DNA from: Sulfuriferula thiophila
Lineage (GTDB): Bacteria > Pseudomonadota > Gammaproteobacteria > Burkholderiales > Sulfuriferulaceae
DNA: 32,000 nt
Assembly (NCBI RefSeq): GCF_003864975.1
Contig: NZ_BHGL01000028.1
Coordinates: 6,211 to 38,210 of the forward strand
Direction of reading: 5' to 3'
Part shown: positions 21,486-32,000 of the stretch, piece after piece
How positions within the stretch are numbered: position 1 is the first letter of the stretch
Layout: the number at the start of each line of letters is the position of its first letter
The notes under the pieces: generated by a model
Databases searched by the model: none
Told to the model about the DNA's origin: nothing
What the model saw: the letters and a program-made list of their open reading frames with translations, nothing else
Made by a program: the position numbers and the translations under genes

Positions 21486-21624
21486 CGATAACAAGGCAGA
21501 TTTAAAGACAAGATTTGCTAGTAGCGCATCGTCCAGGTTAGCTATTCACAGAGTTTTTTGGCGACAACAGCGTACAACTGTAAACGAAATTAACGGGTAA
21601 CTCTTGGATGGGTAACAAACATAC

Positions 21625-21688
21625 GGGCTGACCTTTAGTGGTTATACCTGGCACAGGATATAGCCACTAGGCCAGCCCATTTCTTTTT
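21625..21688. terminator. Long imperfect hairpin (about 24 bp paired) with a T tract, between convergent ptxE and prk
   Basis: Hand pairing: 21625-21633 with 21670-21678 (one A/C mismatch), and 21636-21646 with 21659-21669 (one G-U, with a 2-nt bulge). In addition, 21647-21650 pairs with 21654-21657 around a gca loop. It is followed by aTTTcTTTTT on the + strand. The minus-strand exit is gtatgTTTgTT, so it is possibly bidirectional. Confidence 0.55.
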
Positions 21689-21759
21689 AATTCAGTGTTA
21701 TCGCTTAAACAACAAGTGCTATTCAACTCTATCGCGATAGTTTTGCACTGAACTCGAAA

Positions 21760-22650
21760 TCACGCTTTCTTTTTAGCAGCAATCATCTGCTCAATCATAG
21801 GTCCCAGAATCAATTCCATTGCATAGCCCATTTTCGCACCTGGCACAACCAGCGTGTTCGAACGTGACATGAATGAATTAGGGATCATATTGATCAAGTA
21901 TGGGAAATCGACACCCTTGCGATCGCTAAAGCGCACAATGACCAAGCTCTCATCCGGCGTAGGAATATCACGCGAAATAAATGGATTTGAGGTATCCACG
22001 GTCGGCACGCGCTGGAAGTTCACGTGGGTACGTGAAAATTGCGGGGTGATGTAATTTACATAATCAGGCATGCGGCGCATGATGGTATCAACAATGACAT
22101 CGGCAGAATAACCACGCTCTGCTGCATCACGATGTATCTTCTGGATCCATTCCAGGTTCACTACCGGCACCACGCCAACACCCAGATCAACGTGCTTGGC
22201 AACATCAACTTTGCCGTCCACAACCAAACCATGCAAACCTTCATAGAACAGCAAATCGGTATCCGCTGGCACGTCTTCCCAAGGCGTAAACTCGCCTGCG
22301 CTCAGCTTGGTATTTAACCGCTTGTTATGAAACGCCGCTTCTTCATCGCTATGGATGTAATAACGCTTCTTACCCTTACCATCCTTGCCGTAGCTTTTGA
22401 ACAACGCTTCCAGCTTGTCAAAATGGTTGGCATTAGGACCAAAATGGCTGAAATGGTTATTGCCCTCAGCAGTCGCTTTGGCCATTTCCGATTTGAATTC
22501 GGTACGCGACAAGCTATGAAAGCTATCGCCTTCGATCACGGCCGCGCTGATGTTTTCACGACGGAAAATGTGCTCAAAAGCACGTTTAACGGTCGTTGTG
22601 CCTGCGCCGGAAGAACCGGTTACAGCAATCACAGGATGTTTTTTGGACAT
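21760..22650 (-). CDS. prk: Phosphoribulokinase
   Basis: 296 aa. It starts MSKKHPVIAVTGSSGAGTTTVKRAFEHIFRRE... (P-loop) with PRK/uridine-kinase-family colinearity throughout. GGAG is the RBS. Confidence 0.9.
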   Translation of the reverse strand: MSKKHPVIAVTGSSGAGTTTVKRAFEHIFRRENISAAVIEGDSFHSLSRTEFKSEMAKATAEGNNHFSHFGPNANHFDKLEALFKSYGKDGKGKKRYYIHSDEEAAFHNKRLNTKLSAGEFTPWEDVPADTDLLFYEGLHGLVVDGKVDVAKHVDLGVGVVPVVNLEWIQKIHRDAAERGYSADVIVDTIMRRMPDYVNYITPQFSRTHVNFQRVPTVDTSNPFISRDIPTPDESLVIVRFSDRKGVDFPYLINMIPNSFMSRSNTLVVPGAKMGYAMELILGPMIEQMIAAKKKA

Positions 22651-22762
22651 AAGGACTCCAGTTGAAATATAAAAAAATATCAGTTATTTTCACAGTATAA
22701 CTTTTAAGCCGTCCCGCTGTCCACGCGCAAGCATGTTCGCGGGGTATAATATGCCACTTTAG

Positions 22763-25390
<2,628 letters not shown>

Positions 25391-25421
25391 TGGTTTTTAA
25401 CCCATCCAACAGGTAATCAAG

Positions 25422-25919
25422 ATGAAAATCCCTATGAAATTCTGGCTTGCAGTTACGCTAATCATGAGTGTTTTTACTGCTGGATGCGGTTTTCACCTGC
25501 GCGGTCAGGTCGATATCCCCTATACCTCGCTGTATGTTGATGGCAACCCTGGCTCACCGCTGGTGACCAACCTGCAACGCATCATCCGCGCAGGCGGTCA
25601 CAATGACAGGCTGGCGAAAACCAGCGACACAGCCGAGCGCACCATACAGATCATGTCTGAAGTCAGCAGCAAAATCATCCTGTCGCTGTCCGGTGCCGGT
25701 CGCGTACGTGAATACCAGCTGCAATACCGCGTCAAATATCGCCTGCTCGCCCCCAAAGGCAAAGAGATACTGATGCCAGCCGAAATCGTATTAAGCCGCG
25801 ACATGAGCTATAACGACACGCTGGTGCTGGCAAAAGGGGATGAAGAACAATTACTCTACCGCGATATGCAGACCGATGCTGCGCAACAGATACTGCGCCG
25901 TATTGCCCTGCTGCATTAA
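25422..25919 (+). CDS. lptE: LPS-assembly lipoprotein LptE
   Basis: 165 aa. The signal peptide and lipobox are ...VFTAGC, followed by GFHLRG, the characteristic LptE N-terminus. The leuS-lptE-holA order is conserved. The start could be Met5 (25434). Confidence 0.88.
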   Translation: MKIPMKFWLAVTLIMSVFTAGCGFHLRGQVDIPYTSLYVDGNPGSPLVTNLQRIIRAGGHNDRLAKTSDTAERTIQIMSEVSSKIILSLSGAGRVREYQLQYRVKYRLLAPKGKEILMPAEIVLSRDMSYNDTLVLAKGDEEQLLYRDMQTDAAQQILRRIALLH

Positions 25920-25925
25920 TAAAGC

Positions 25926-26936
25926 ATGCGTATCAAGCCGGAACAGCTCGCGTCACAGCTAGCCAAAGAGTTAAAGCCGCTCTACTGTGTATATGGCGAC
26001 GAACCGCTGCTGGTGCTGGAAGCAGCCGATCAAATTCGACGAGCGGTTCGCACGCAAGGCTACACCGAGCGTGAAATTTACCAGGTAGAGGGCCGCTTCA
26101 ACTGGCAAACCCTGCTCAATGCCGGCGATAATTTATCCTTATTCAGCGACCGCCGCCTGGTGGACATTCGCATCCCTTCCGGCAAGCCGGGCATAGACGG
26201 TGGCAAGGCGCTGCAAAGTTACTGCGCTGCGCTCCCAGCCGACACGATTACCCTGATTACCCTGCCCAAGCTCGACCGGCAGGCAACGTCAGGAAAATGG
26301 TTCACCGCACTGGATAATGCCGGCACCACCATTGCAGTTTATTCGGTAACTAACGAGCAATTACCGCGCTGGATCGGCGAACGTCTGGCACAACAGCAGC
26401 AGCAAGCCGATACTGACACCCTGCGTTTTCTTGCTCAGAAAGTAGAAGGCAACCTGCTGGCCGCCCAGCAGGAGATACGCAAACTGGGACTGCTGTTCCC
26501 CGCCGGACGCCTGGATTTTGCCAGCGTCCGTGAAGCCGTACTGGATGTGGCGCGTTATGACGTCTTCAAGCTCGCCGATGCCTTGTTGCTCAGCGACGTG
26601 CCACGGTTGATACGCATGCTGGATGGATTGCGCAACGAGGGTGAAGCACCCACGCTAATATTGTGGACAATCACGCGCGAATTACGCATTCTGACCCGCC
26701 TGAAAACAGCACAGAACAGTGGCATAGCGCCTGCCCGACTGATGCGCGAAGTCGGTGTCTGGGAAAGCCGTCAGAGCATGGTCGAAAAAGCACTGCAACG
26801 CGTCAAACTCGACACCCTGACCCACAGCCTCAGACAGGCTGCCGCTATCGATCGCATGATCAAAGGCCTTGCAAATGAAGACCCGTGGGTTGCACTCAAA
26901 CAATTGGCACTCAGTATCGCCCTGCCACAGCGTTAA
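25926..26936 (+). CDS. holA: DNA polymerase III subunit delta
   Basis: 336 aa. It starts MRIKPEQLASQLAKELKPLYCVYGDEPLL... and is colinear with E. coli HolA (e.g. EQLPRWI, EGNLLAAQQEIRKL). Confidence 0.92.
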   Translation: MRIKPEQLASQLAKELKPLYCVYGDEPLLVLEAADQIRRAVRTQGYTEREIYQVEGRFNWQTLLNAGDNLSLFSDRRLVDIRIPSGKPGIDGGKALQSYCAALPADTITLITLPKLDRQATSGKWFTALDNAGTTIAVYSVTNEQLPRWIGERLAQQQQQADTDTLRFLAQKVEGNLLAAQQEIRKLGLLFPAGRLDFASVREAVLDVARYDVFKLADALLLSDVPRLIRMLDGLRNEGEAPTLILWTITRELRILTRLKTAQNSGIAPARLMREVGVWESRQSMVEKALQRVKLDTLTHSLRQAAAIDRMIKGLANEDPWVALKQLALSIALPQR

Positions 26937-26975
26937 CCCCCACGGCTACCAACCAGCCAGTAATGCACAGACAAT

Positions 26976-27006
26976 AAAAAAGGCAGATCCGCAGATCTGC
27001 CTTTTT
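26976..27006. terminator. Bidirectional rho-independent terminator between convergent holA and rplS
   Basis: AAAAAA-GGCAGATC-cgca-GATCTGCC-TTTTT: a perfect 8-bp stem flanked by an A run and a T run. Confidence 0.8.
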
Positions 27007-27022
27007 CAGTAACAGCGAGCAA

Positions 27023-27403
27023 TTAAGCAGCGACTGTCTTAACTTTACGCGCTGGCAACTTTTCCTTGATACGTGCGGATTTACCTGAACGATCACGCAA
27101 GTAGTACAACTTGGCGCGACGTACATCACCACGACGCTTCACTTCAATGCTGTCAACCAAAGGTGAGTAAGTCTGGAATGTACGTTCCACACCTTCACCA
27201 GCTGAAATCTTACGCACGATAAATGCAGAATTCAAACCACGGTTACGCTTGGCAATCACTACGCCTTCGTAAGCCTGTAAACGCTCACGCGTACCTTCTT
27301 TAACCTTCACGCTAACGATTACGGTATCGCCAGGTGCAAAAGCAGGAATGGTTTTACCCAAACGTGCAATTTCTTCTTCTTCCAACTGTTGAATCAAATT
27401 CAT
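27023..27403 (-). CDS. rplS: 50S ribosomal protein L19
   Basis: The track ORF starts at 27454. The canonical L19 N-terminus [17 protein letters not shown]... begins at 27403, with GGAG 6-7 nt upstream. Confidence 0.95.
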   Translation of the reverse strand: MNLIQQLEEEEIARLGKTIPAFAPGDTVIVSVKVKEGTRERLQAYEGVVIAKRNRGLNSAFIVRKISAGEGVERTFQTYSPLVDSIEVKRRGDVRRAKLYYLRDRSGKSARIKEKLPARKVKTVAA

Positions 27404-27503
27404 CGCGTTCTCCTGAACTAAAAATGAGGTCTTGGACCTTACCGCACGGAGCAAGCCGCCGCTTGACGTACGGGGTTTGTTGTTAACCGACTAATTCATT
27501 GAA

Positions 27504-28265
27504 TCAGTCTGGTTTATTTTCCTGCTCGCTTAAAGCCAGCAAGTCAATTTCTGCCGCGCTCATACCGCGCTTGGCTAATAAATCCGGGCGATTGCGTTGC
27601 GTCGCCAATAACGATTGCTGCAACCGCCAGCGCTGGATTTTGGCATGATTACCGCCCATCAGCACTGCCGGTACTGGTACGCCCTGATACAACTCGGGAC
27701 GGGTATAGTGCGGATAATCAAGCAAGCCATTTACAAATGAATCCTGCACTGCTGAATCCGCATCACCCAGCACACCAGGCAATTGCCGCACAACGGCATC
27801 AATCACCACCATCGCTGCCAGCTCCCCACCGGATAAAACATAATCCCCGATAGAGATGTATTCATCTATGCGCCTGTCCAGCAAACGCTGGTCGACGCCC
27901 TCATAACGCCCGGCCAGGAATACCAGACCGGGACGCGCTGCCAATTCCATTACCAAAGCATGATCCAGCGTACGCCCCTGCGGGGAGAGGTACACCACAT
28001 GCGGCTTGGCAACACCAGATTCACGTTGCCGCGCTTCTGCTGCATCCAGCGCTGCATCGAGCGGCTCAGCCAGCATGACCATGCCCGGGCCGCCACCATA
28101 AGGACGATCATCGACAGTACGGTGGTTATCCATCGTGTAATCACGTGGATTCCACAAATGCAATGTGGCACATTGACGCGTGAATGCCCGACCACTGATA
28201 CCGCACTCACTGATTGCTGCAAACATTTGCGGGAACAACGTCACCACATCAATTTGCAATGGCAT
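27504..28265 (-). CDS. trmD: tRNA (guanine37-N1)-methyltransferase
   Basis: 253 aa: [11 protein letters not shown]..., [37 protein letters not shown]. Its start overlaps the rimM stop by 1 nt (TGATG). Confidence 0.96.
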   Translation of the reverse strand: MPLQIDVVTLFPQMFAAISECGISGRAFTRQCATLHLWNPRDYTMDNHRTVDDRPYGGGPGMVMLAEPLDAALDAAEARQRESGVAKPHVVYLSPQGRTLDHALVMELAARPGLVFLAGRYEGVDQRLLDRRIDEYISIGDYVLSGGELAAMVVIDAVVRQLPGVLGDADSAVQDSFVNGLLDYPHYTRPELYQGVPVPAVLMGGNHAKIQRWRLQQSLLATQRNRPDLLAKRGMSAAEIDLLALSEQENKPD

Positions 28266-28774
28266 CAGTAATCCAGTTCCCAGTCTACCTGCACAGTGCG
28301 CGCCGCCAAATCAACATGACGCACAATCTGCCCAACGAAAGGAATTAAGTGCTTGCGGTCACCGCGCACCTCAAGCACATCATGCGCACCGGCTTCCAGT
28401 ATCTGCTCGATCACACCAAATGCGTCGCCACGCAAATTCACTACATTCAGGCCGATTAAATCCGACCAGTAGTATTCACCTTCCGGTGCTGCCGGCAATG
28501 ATTCACGTTTAACCGCTATTTCACACCCTTTCAGCGCCAGTGCCTGATCGCGATCATGGATCCCGACCAATGCAGCAACCAATACCTTGGTATGCACTTT
28601 GGCTTCTTCGACAGTGTAAACTTGCCAATCATTACCGCGCTTGATATACCACTCTGCATAATCAGCAAGCGTATCTAACGACTCACTGAAAGTCTGGATC
28701 TTCATCCAGCCTTTAACGCCGTAAGGGACAGCAACCCGCCCCATCACCACTAAATTATCCAGCGACTTTTGCAC
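28265..28774 (-). CDS. rimM: Ribosome maturation factor RimM
   Basis: 169 aa with [23 protein letters not shown]... (RimM N-terminus) and a PRC barrel. The annotated start overlaps the rpsP 3' end by 20 nt. Met11 (28744) is an alternative start. Confidence 0.92.
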   Translation of the reverse strand: MQKSLDNLVVMGRVAVPYGVKGWMKIQTFSESLDTLADYAEWYIKRGNDWQVYTVEEAKVHTKVLVAALVGIHDRDQALALKGCEIAVKRESLPAAPEGEYYWSDLIGLNVVNLRGDAFGVIEQILEAGAHDVLEVRGDRKHLIPFVGQIVRHVDLAARTVQVDWELDY

Positions 28775-29009
28775 TTTCAGTTTTGACCAGTTTTGCTACA
28801 GCATCGCTTAATTGCGCGCCTTGGGAAACCCAATGATTGACGCGATCCAGACTCAGACGCAAGCCTTCGATGCCTTCTTTAGCCAGTGGATTGTAAAAAC
28901 CAACGCGCTCAATGAAGCGACCATCGCGACGGTTGCGTGAATCCGCAACTACGACGTTGTAGAATGGGCGGTTTTTTGCGCCGCCACGAGCAAGACGAAT
29001 TATAACCAT
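28755..29009 (-). CDS. rpsP: 30S ribosomal protein S16
   Basis: [41 protein letters not shown] is canonical S16. Confidence 0.97.
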   Translation of the reverse strand: MVIIRLARGGAKNRPFYNVVVADSRNRRDGRFIERVGFYNPLAKEGIEGLRLSLDRVNHWVSQGAQLSDAVAKLVKTESAKVAG

Positions 29010-29168
29010 CGTGAGTGCCTAACCAATTGAATTAAAAAGAGCGCGATTATAGGACGAAACCACTCAAATGACAAGTTACCTTTGCTTTTACACAGCAAAA
29101 CGAACAAAATTGACCATTCGCCTGTCATACACTATCCTTAGCCATCTAATTTTTAATATATATCCGTC

Positions 29169-29975
29169 ATGTCAGTCAGTATCAAATCCCCAGCAGATAT
29201 AGAAAAAATGCGCATAGCCGGCCGGCTCGCTTCCGAAGTGCTTGATTACATCACGCCATTTGTTAAACCCGGCGTTACCACCGGCGAGCTGGACAAGCTG
29301 TGCCATGATTACATGGTCGATGTGCAGCACACTATTCCGGCGCCGCTCAACTACGCCCCACCAGGTCACGAACCTTACCCGCGCTCGATTTGCACTTCCA
29401 TTAATCAGCAAATATGCCATGGCGTGCCTGGCGACAAACAGCTCAAGAATGGTGACATCGTCAATATCGACGTCACCGTGATTAAAGATGGCTGGCATGG
29501 AGATACCAGCCGCATGTTTTATGTCGGCGAAGTTGCACCTCACGCCAAACGCCTGTGCGAAATCACCTATCAGGCCATGTGGCACGGTATTAAAATGGTG
29601 CGCCCCGGCGTGCTGCTCGGCGATATCGGTCACGCCATACAGAAATTTTCCGAAGCTCAAGGCTACAGTGTAGTACGGGAGTTTTGTGGCCACGGCATTG
29701 GACAGAACTTCCATGAAGAGCCGCAAGTGCTGCATTATGGCCGTGCCGGCACGGGTCTGAAACTGGCCGCAGGCATGACTTTTACCATAGAACCCATGAT
29801 CAACGCTGGACGTCGCGACATTCGCCAGCTTAGCGATGGTTGGACCATAGTCACCAAGGATCGCAGTCTGTCAGCGCAGTGGGAACACACTATACTGGTC
29901 ACCGATACCGGATTTGAAGTCATGACCGTTTCTGCCGGCACCCCGCCAGTACCGGACTTCGTAGCAAGCAAATAA
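29169..29975 (+). CDS. map: Type I methionine aminopeptidase
   Basis: 268 aa. The metal-ligand contexts are present: DIVNIDVT, GWHGDTSRMF, GHGIG, FTIEP, EHTILVT. Confidence 0.96.
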   Translation: MSVSIKSPADIEKMRIAGRLASEVLDYITPFVKPGVTTGELDKLCHDYMVDVQHTIPAPLNYAPPGHEPYPRSICTSINQQICHGVPGDKQLKNGDIVNIDVTVIKDGWHGDTSRMFYVGEVAPHAKRLCEITYQAMWHGIKMVRPGVLLGDIGHAIQKFSEAQGYSVVREFCGHGIGQNFHEEPQVLHYGRAGTGLKLAAGMTFTIEPMINAGRRDIRQLSDGWTIVTKDRSLSAQWEHTILVTDTGFEVMTVSAGTPPVPDFVASK

Positions 29976-32000
29976 TGGTTGCCGTCGCGTCCGCCACACG
30001 TGCCGAACAATGGCGCATGCAGCTACGCGATGGGCGCAGCACCATCAAGCAGGCTTTCCTGTCTGGCACTTCAATTCGCACCATCCTTACCCGCAATCGG
30101 CAATTAGTTGATGGCGTGCTTAGCGAAGTATGGCAATCTCTTGATCTGCCCATTAGCGCTGCACTGGTTGCAGTGGGTGGCTACGGCCGCAACGAACTGT
30201 TCCCCCACTCGGATGTGGATCTGCTGATTTTACTGGATCATCCGGCGCTCCCTGAGGAACAGGTTGCCATTGAACAAATAGTCAGCTTATTCTGGGACAT
30301 TGGCCTGGAAGTCGGCCCCAGCGTACGCACCCTGGATGAATGCCTGGAAGAATCCGAACGTGACCTCACCATACTCACCAACCTGCTGGAATCGCGTTTT
30401 CTGTGCGGCAATCAATCTCTCTACCAGCTATTCCAGCAACGCTTTACCCAGCAACTGGACACCCGCGCTTTCTTTGAAGGCAAACTGCTGGAACAGGATC
30501 AGCGCCATGCGCGCTTTAACGATAGCGCCTACCAGTTGGAACCCAATATCAAGGAAAGCCCCGGCGGACTGCGCGACCTGCATAATCTGCGCTGGCTGAC
30601 CCAGGCTGCGGGTATCGGCGCTAACTGGCACGACCTGGTACTGGCCGGTTTACTCAGCAGCAGCGAATTACGCCAGATCCAGACCCTGGAACGATTTCTA
30701 TTCGACCTCCGGGCACGCCTGCATTACCTTGCCGGACGGCGTGAAGACCGCCTGTTATTTGATTACCAGCAAAGCCTGGCCGAGCAATATCAAATTCGCG
30801 CCACCACAACGCGTCGCGCCAGCGAAATACTGATGCAGCGCTATTACCGTAGCGTCAAGATCGTCGCACAAATGCGGGATATTTTGCTTCCCAGCTTGCG
30901 CGCGCGCATCTTCGGCAATAACCAGCTACCGGTTATTGCGCTCAACCCGCGCTTTCAGATACGCGATAATTTACTCAAAGTCATCGACGACAACCTGTTC
31001 GAACGCCAGCCAGACGCCATATTCGAAAGCTTTATCCTGCTGCAGCAGCATCCTGAATTAACCGGCATGAGCGCATCCACGCTACGCGCACTATGGCGCG
31101 CACGGCACCGCATCAATGCCGAATTCCGCCGCGACCCGGTGAATCAGACCCAGTTCATGCAAATCCTGCGTGCGCCGCAAACCATCACCCGCACCCTGCG
31201 CAACATGAACCACTACGGCATACTGGGGCGTTACATCCCGGCATTTGGCCGTATCGTCGGGCAGATGCAACACGATCTGTATCACATCTACACTGTAGAT
31301 GAGCATATCCTTACTGTACTGCGCAATTTGCGCCGCCTCACCATCCCTGAGCTGGCCCATGAACACCCGCTGGCCAGCCGCCTTATCAGTGGTTTTGCGC
31401 ACCCGGAATTACTTTATCTGGCCGCATTATTTCACGACATTGCCAAAGGGCGTGGTGGTGATCACTCTACGCTGGGCATGGTCGATGCCCGCCGCTTTTG
31501 CCGGCAGCACGGACTGTCTAAATCGGATACCGAACTGGTCGTGTGGCTGGTAGGCGAACACCTGAGCTTTTCTGCAACTGCGCAAAAACAGGATTTATCC
31601 GACCCGGATGTGATCACCCGCTTTACCCAGCGCATCCCGGATGAGCGCCATCTCATTGCGCTCTATCTGCTTACTACCTGCGACATACGTGGCACCAGTC
31701 CCAGCGTGTGGAATGCCTGGAAAGCTAAATTACTGGAAGATTTATTTTACGCCAGTCGTCGCCGACTGAGTGGCGAGACCAATCTGCATAGCGGTATCGA
31801 CAAAACCAAAACAGAAGCTTCGCGTTTATTGCGGTTATACGGGCTGTCTCCACACACGGAAGATGCGCTGTGGGTCAACCTGGCTGATAGTTATTTTCTG
31901 CGCCATGAACCACAGGAAATCGCCTGGCACAGCCGTCACCTCTGGCATCGCGTCAGCTCGCCTTTGGCAGTAGTGCGTGCCCGTCTGAGCCCTATTGGTG
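29975..32000 (+). CDS. glnD: [Protein-PII] uridylyltransferase/uridylyl-removing enzyme GlnD (3' end beyond the window)
   Basis: Absent from the ORF track because it is open to the window end. I translated it by hand from the ATG at 29975 (a TAATG overlap with the map stop) to 32000 and met no stop codon. It has a nucleotidyltransferase motif (VAVGGYGRNELFPHSDVDLLIL) and an HD domain (LYHIYTVDEH...LFHDIAKGRGGDHS). Confidence 0.93.
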   Translation, partial: MVAVASATRAEQWRMQLRDGRSTIKQAFLSGTSIRTILTRNRQLVDGVLSEVWQSLDLPISAALVAVGGYGRNELFPHSDVDLLILLDHPALPEEQVAIEQIVSLFWDIGLEVGPSVRTLDECLEESERDLTILTNLLESRFLCGNQSLYQLFQQRFTQQLDTRAFFEGKLLEQDQRHARFNDSAYQLEPNIKESPGGLRDLHNLRWLTQAAGIGANWHDLVLAGLLSSSELRQIQTLERFLFDLRARLHYLAGRREDRLLFDYQQSLAEQYQIRATTTRRASEILMQRYYRSVKIVAQMRDILLPSLRARIFGNNQLPVIALNPRFQIRDNLLKVIDDNLFERQPDAIFESFILLQQHPELTGMSASTLRALWRARHRINAEFRRDPVNQTQFMQILRAPQTITRTLRNMNHYGILGRYIPAFGRIVGQMQHDLYHIYTVDEHILTVLRNLRRLTIPELAHEHPLASRLISGFAHPELLYLAALFHDIAKGRGGDHSTLGMVDARRFCRQHGLSKSDTELVVWLVGEHLSFSATAQKQDLSDPDVITRFTQRIPDERHLIALYLLTTCDIRGTSPSVWNAWKAKLLEDLFYASRRRLSGETNLHSGIDKTKTEASRLLRLYGLSPHTEDALWVNLADSYFLRHEPQEIAWHSRHLWHRVSSPLAVVRARLSPIG

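Noticed and set aside
21625-21678. The hairpin considered as a tRNA or tRNA-fragment attachment site (the string CCTAGTGGCTATA on the minus strand looks vaguely D-loop-like).
   Set aside because: It is 54 nt long and folds as a single extended stem. It has no cloverleaf, T-arm (GTTCxAxxC) or acceptor/CCA context.
22745-22750. A perfect TATAAT 33 nt upstream of the leuS ATG, considered as a promoter.
   Set aside because: No acceptable -35 lies at 16-18 nt (CACGCG), and there is no TG extension. It is plausible but not supportable from sequence alone, so it is not listed as a feature.

Overview
This 32-kb chromosomal segment has gene content and order typical of a betaproteobacterium. The finer taxon is only a guess, and every homology call is by eye or from recall with no searches run. 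It is mostly housekeeping core. In order: ygfZ (3' end cut by the window edge), an Ala/Pro-repeat lipoprotein, glyA-nrdR-ribD, a CaCA-type antiporter, and a minus-strand operon of a small Zn-ribbon protein plus pilS and pilR. Then ispB sits divergent from rplU-rpmA-obg-proB, followed by an SLT lytic transglycosylase coupled to proS, a spermidine-synthase-like methyltransferase and a small SCP2-like protein. After the accessory segment come prk, leuS-lptE-holA, rpsP-rimM-trmD-rplS (minus strand), map and about the 5' two thirds of glnD. The one clearly accessory stretch, about 16.0/16.5-21.8 kb, is visibly AT-richer. It carries a complete phosphite-oxidation cluster, ptxABCDE: an ABC importer, the NAD-dependent phosphite dehydrogenase PtxD and a LysR regulator. 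An ORF-free leader of roughly 600 nt with a Pho-box-like repeat precedes it, and a long hairpin follows it. This system is already described in Pseudomonas stutzeri, so it is notable for context rather than mechanism. I found no rRNA or tRNA genes, CRISPR arrays, IS elements, transposases, integrases or obvious pseudogenes. I did not find a convincing wholly undescribed multi-gene system. The best second-look items are the ptx insertion and its boundaries, an H.8/Lip-like Ala-Pro lipoprotein encoded by a GCN triplet tract, a perfect 21-bp inverted repeat beside the rplU promoter, and the Zn-ribbon-PilS-PilR module.
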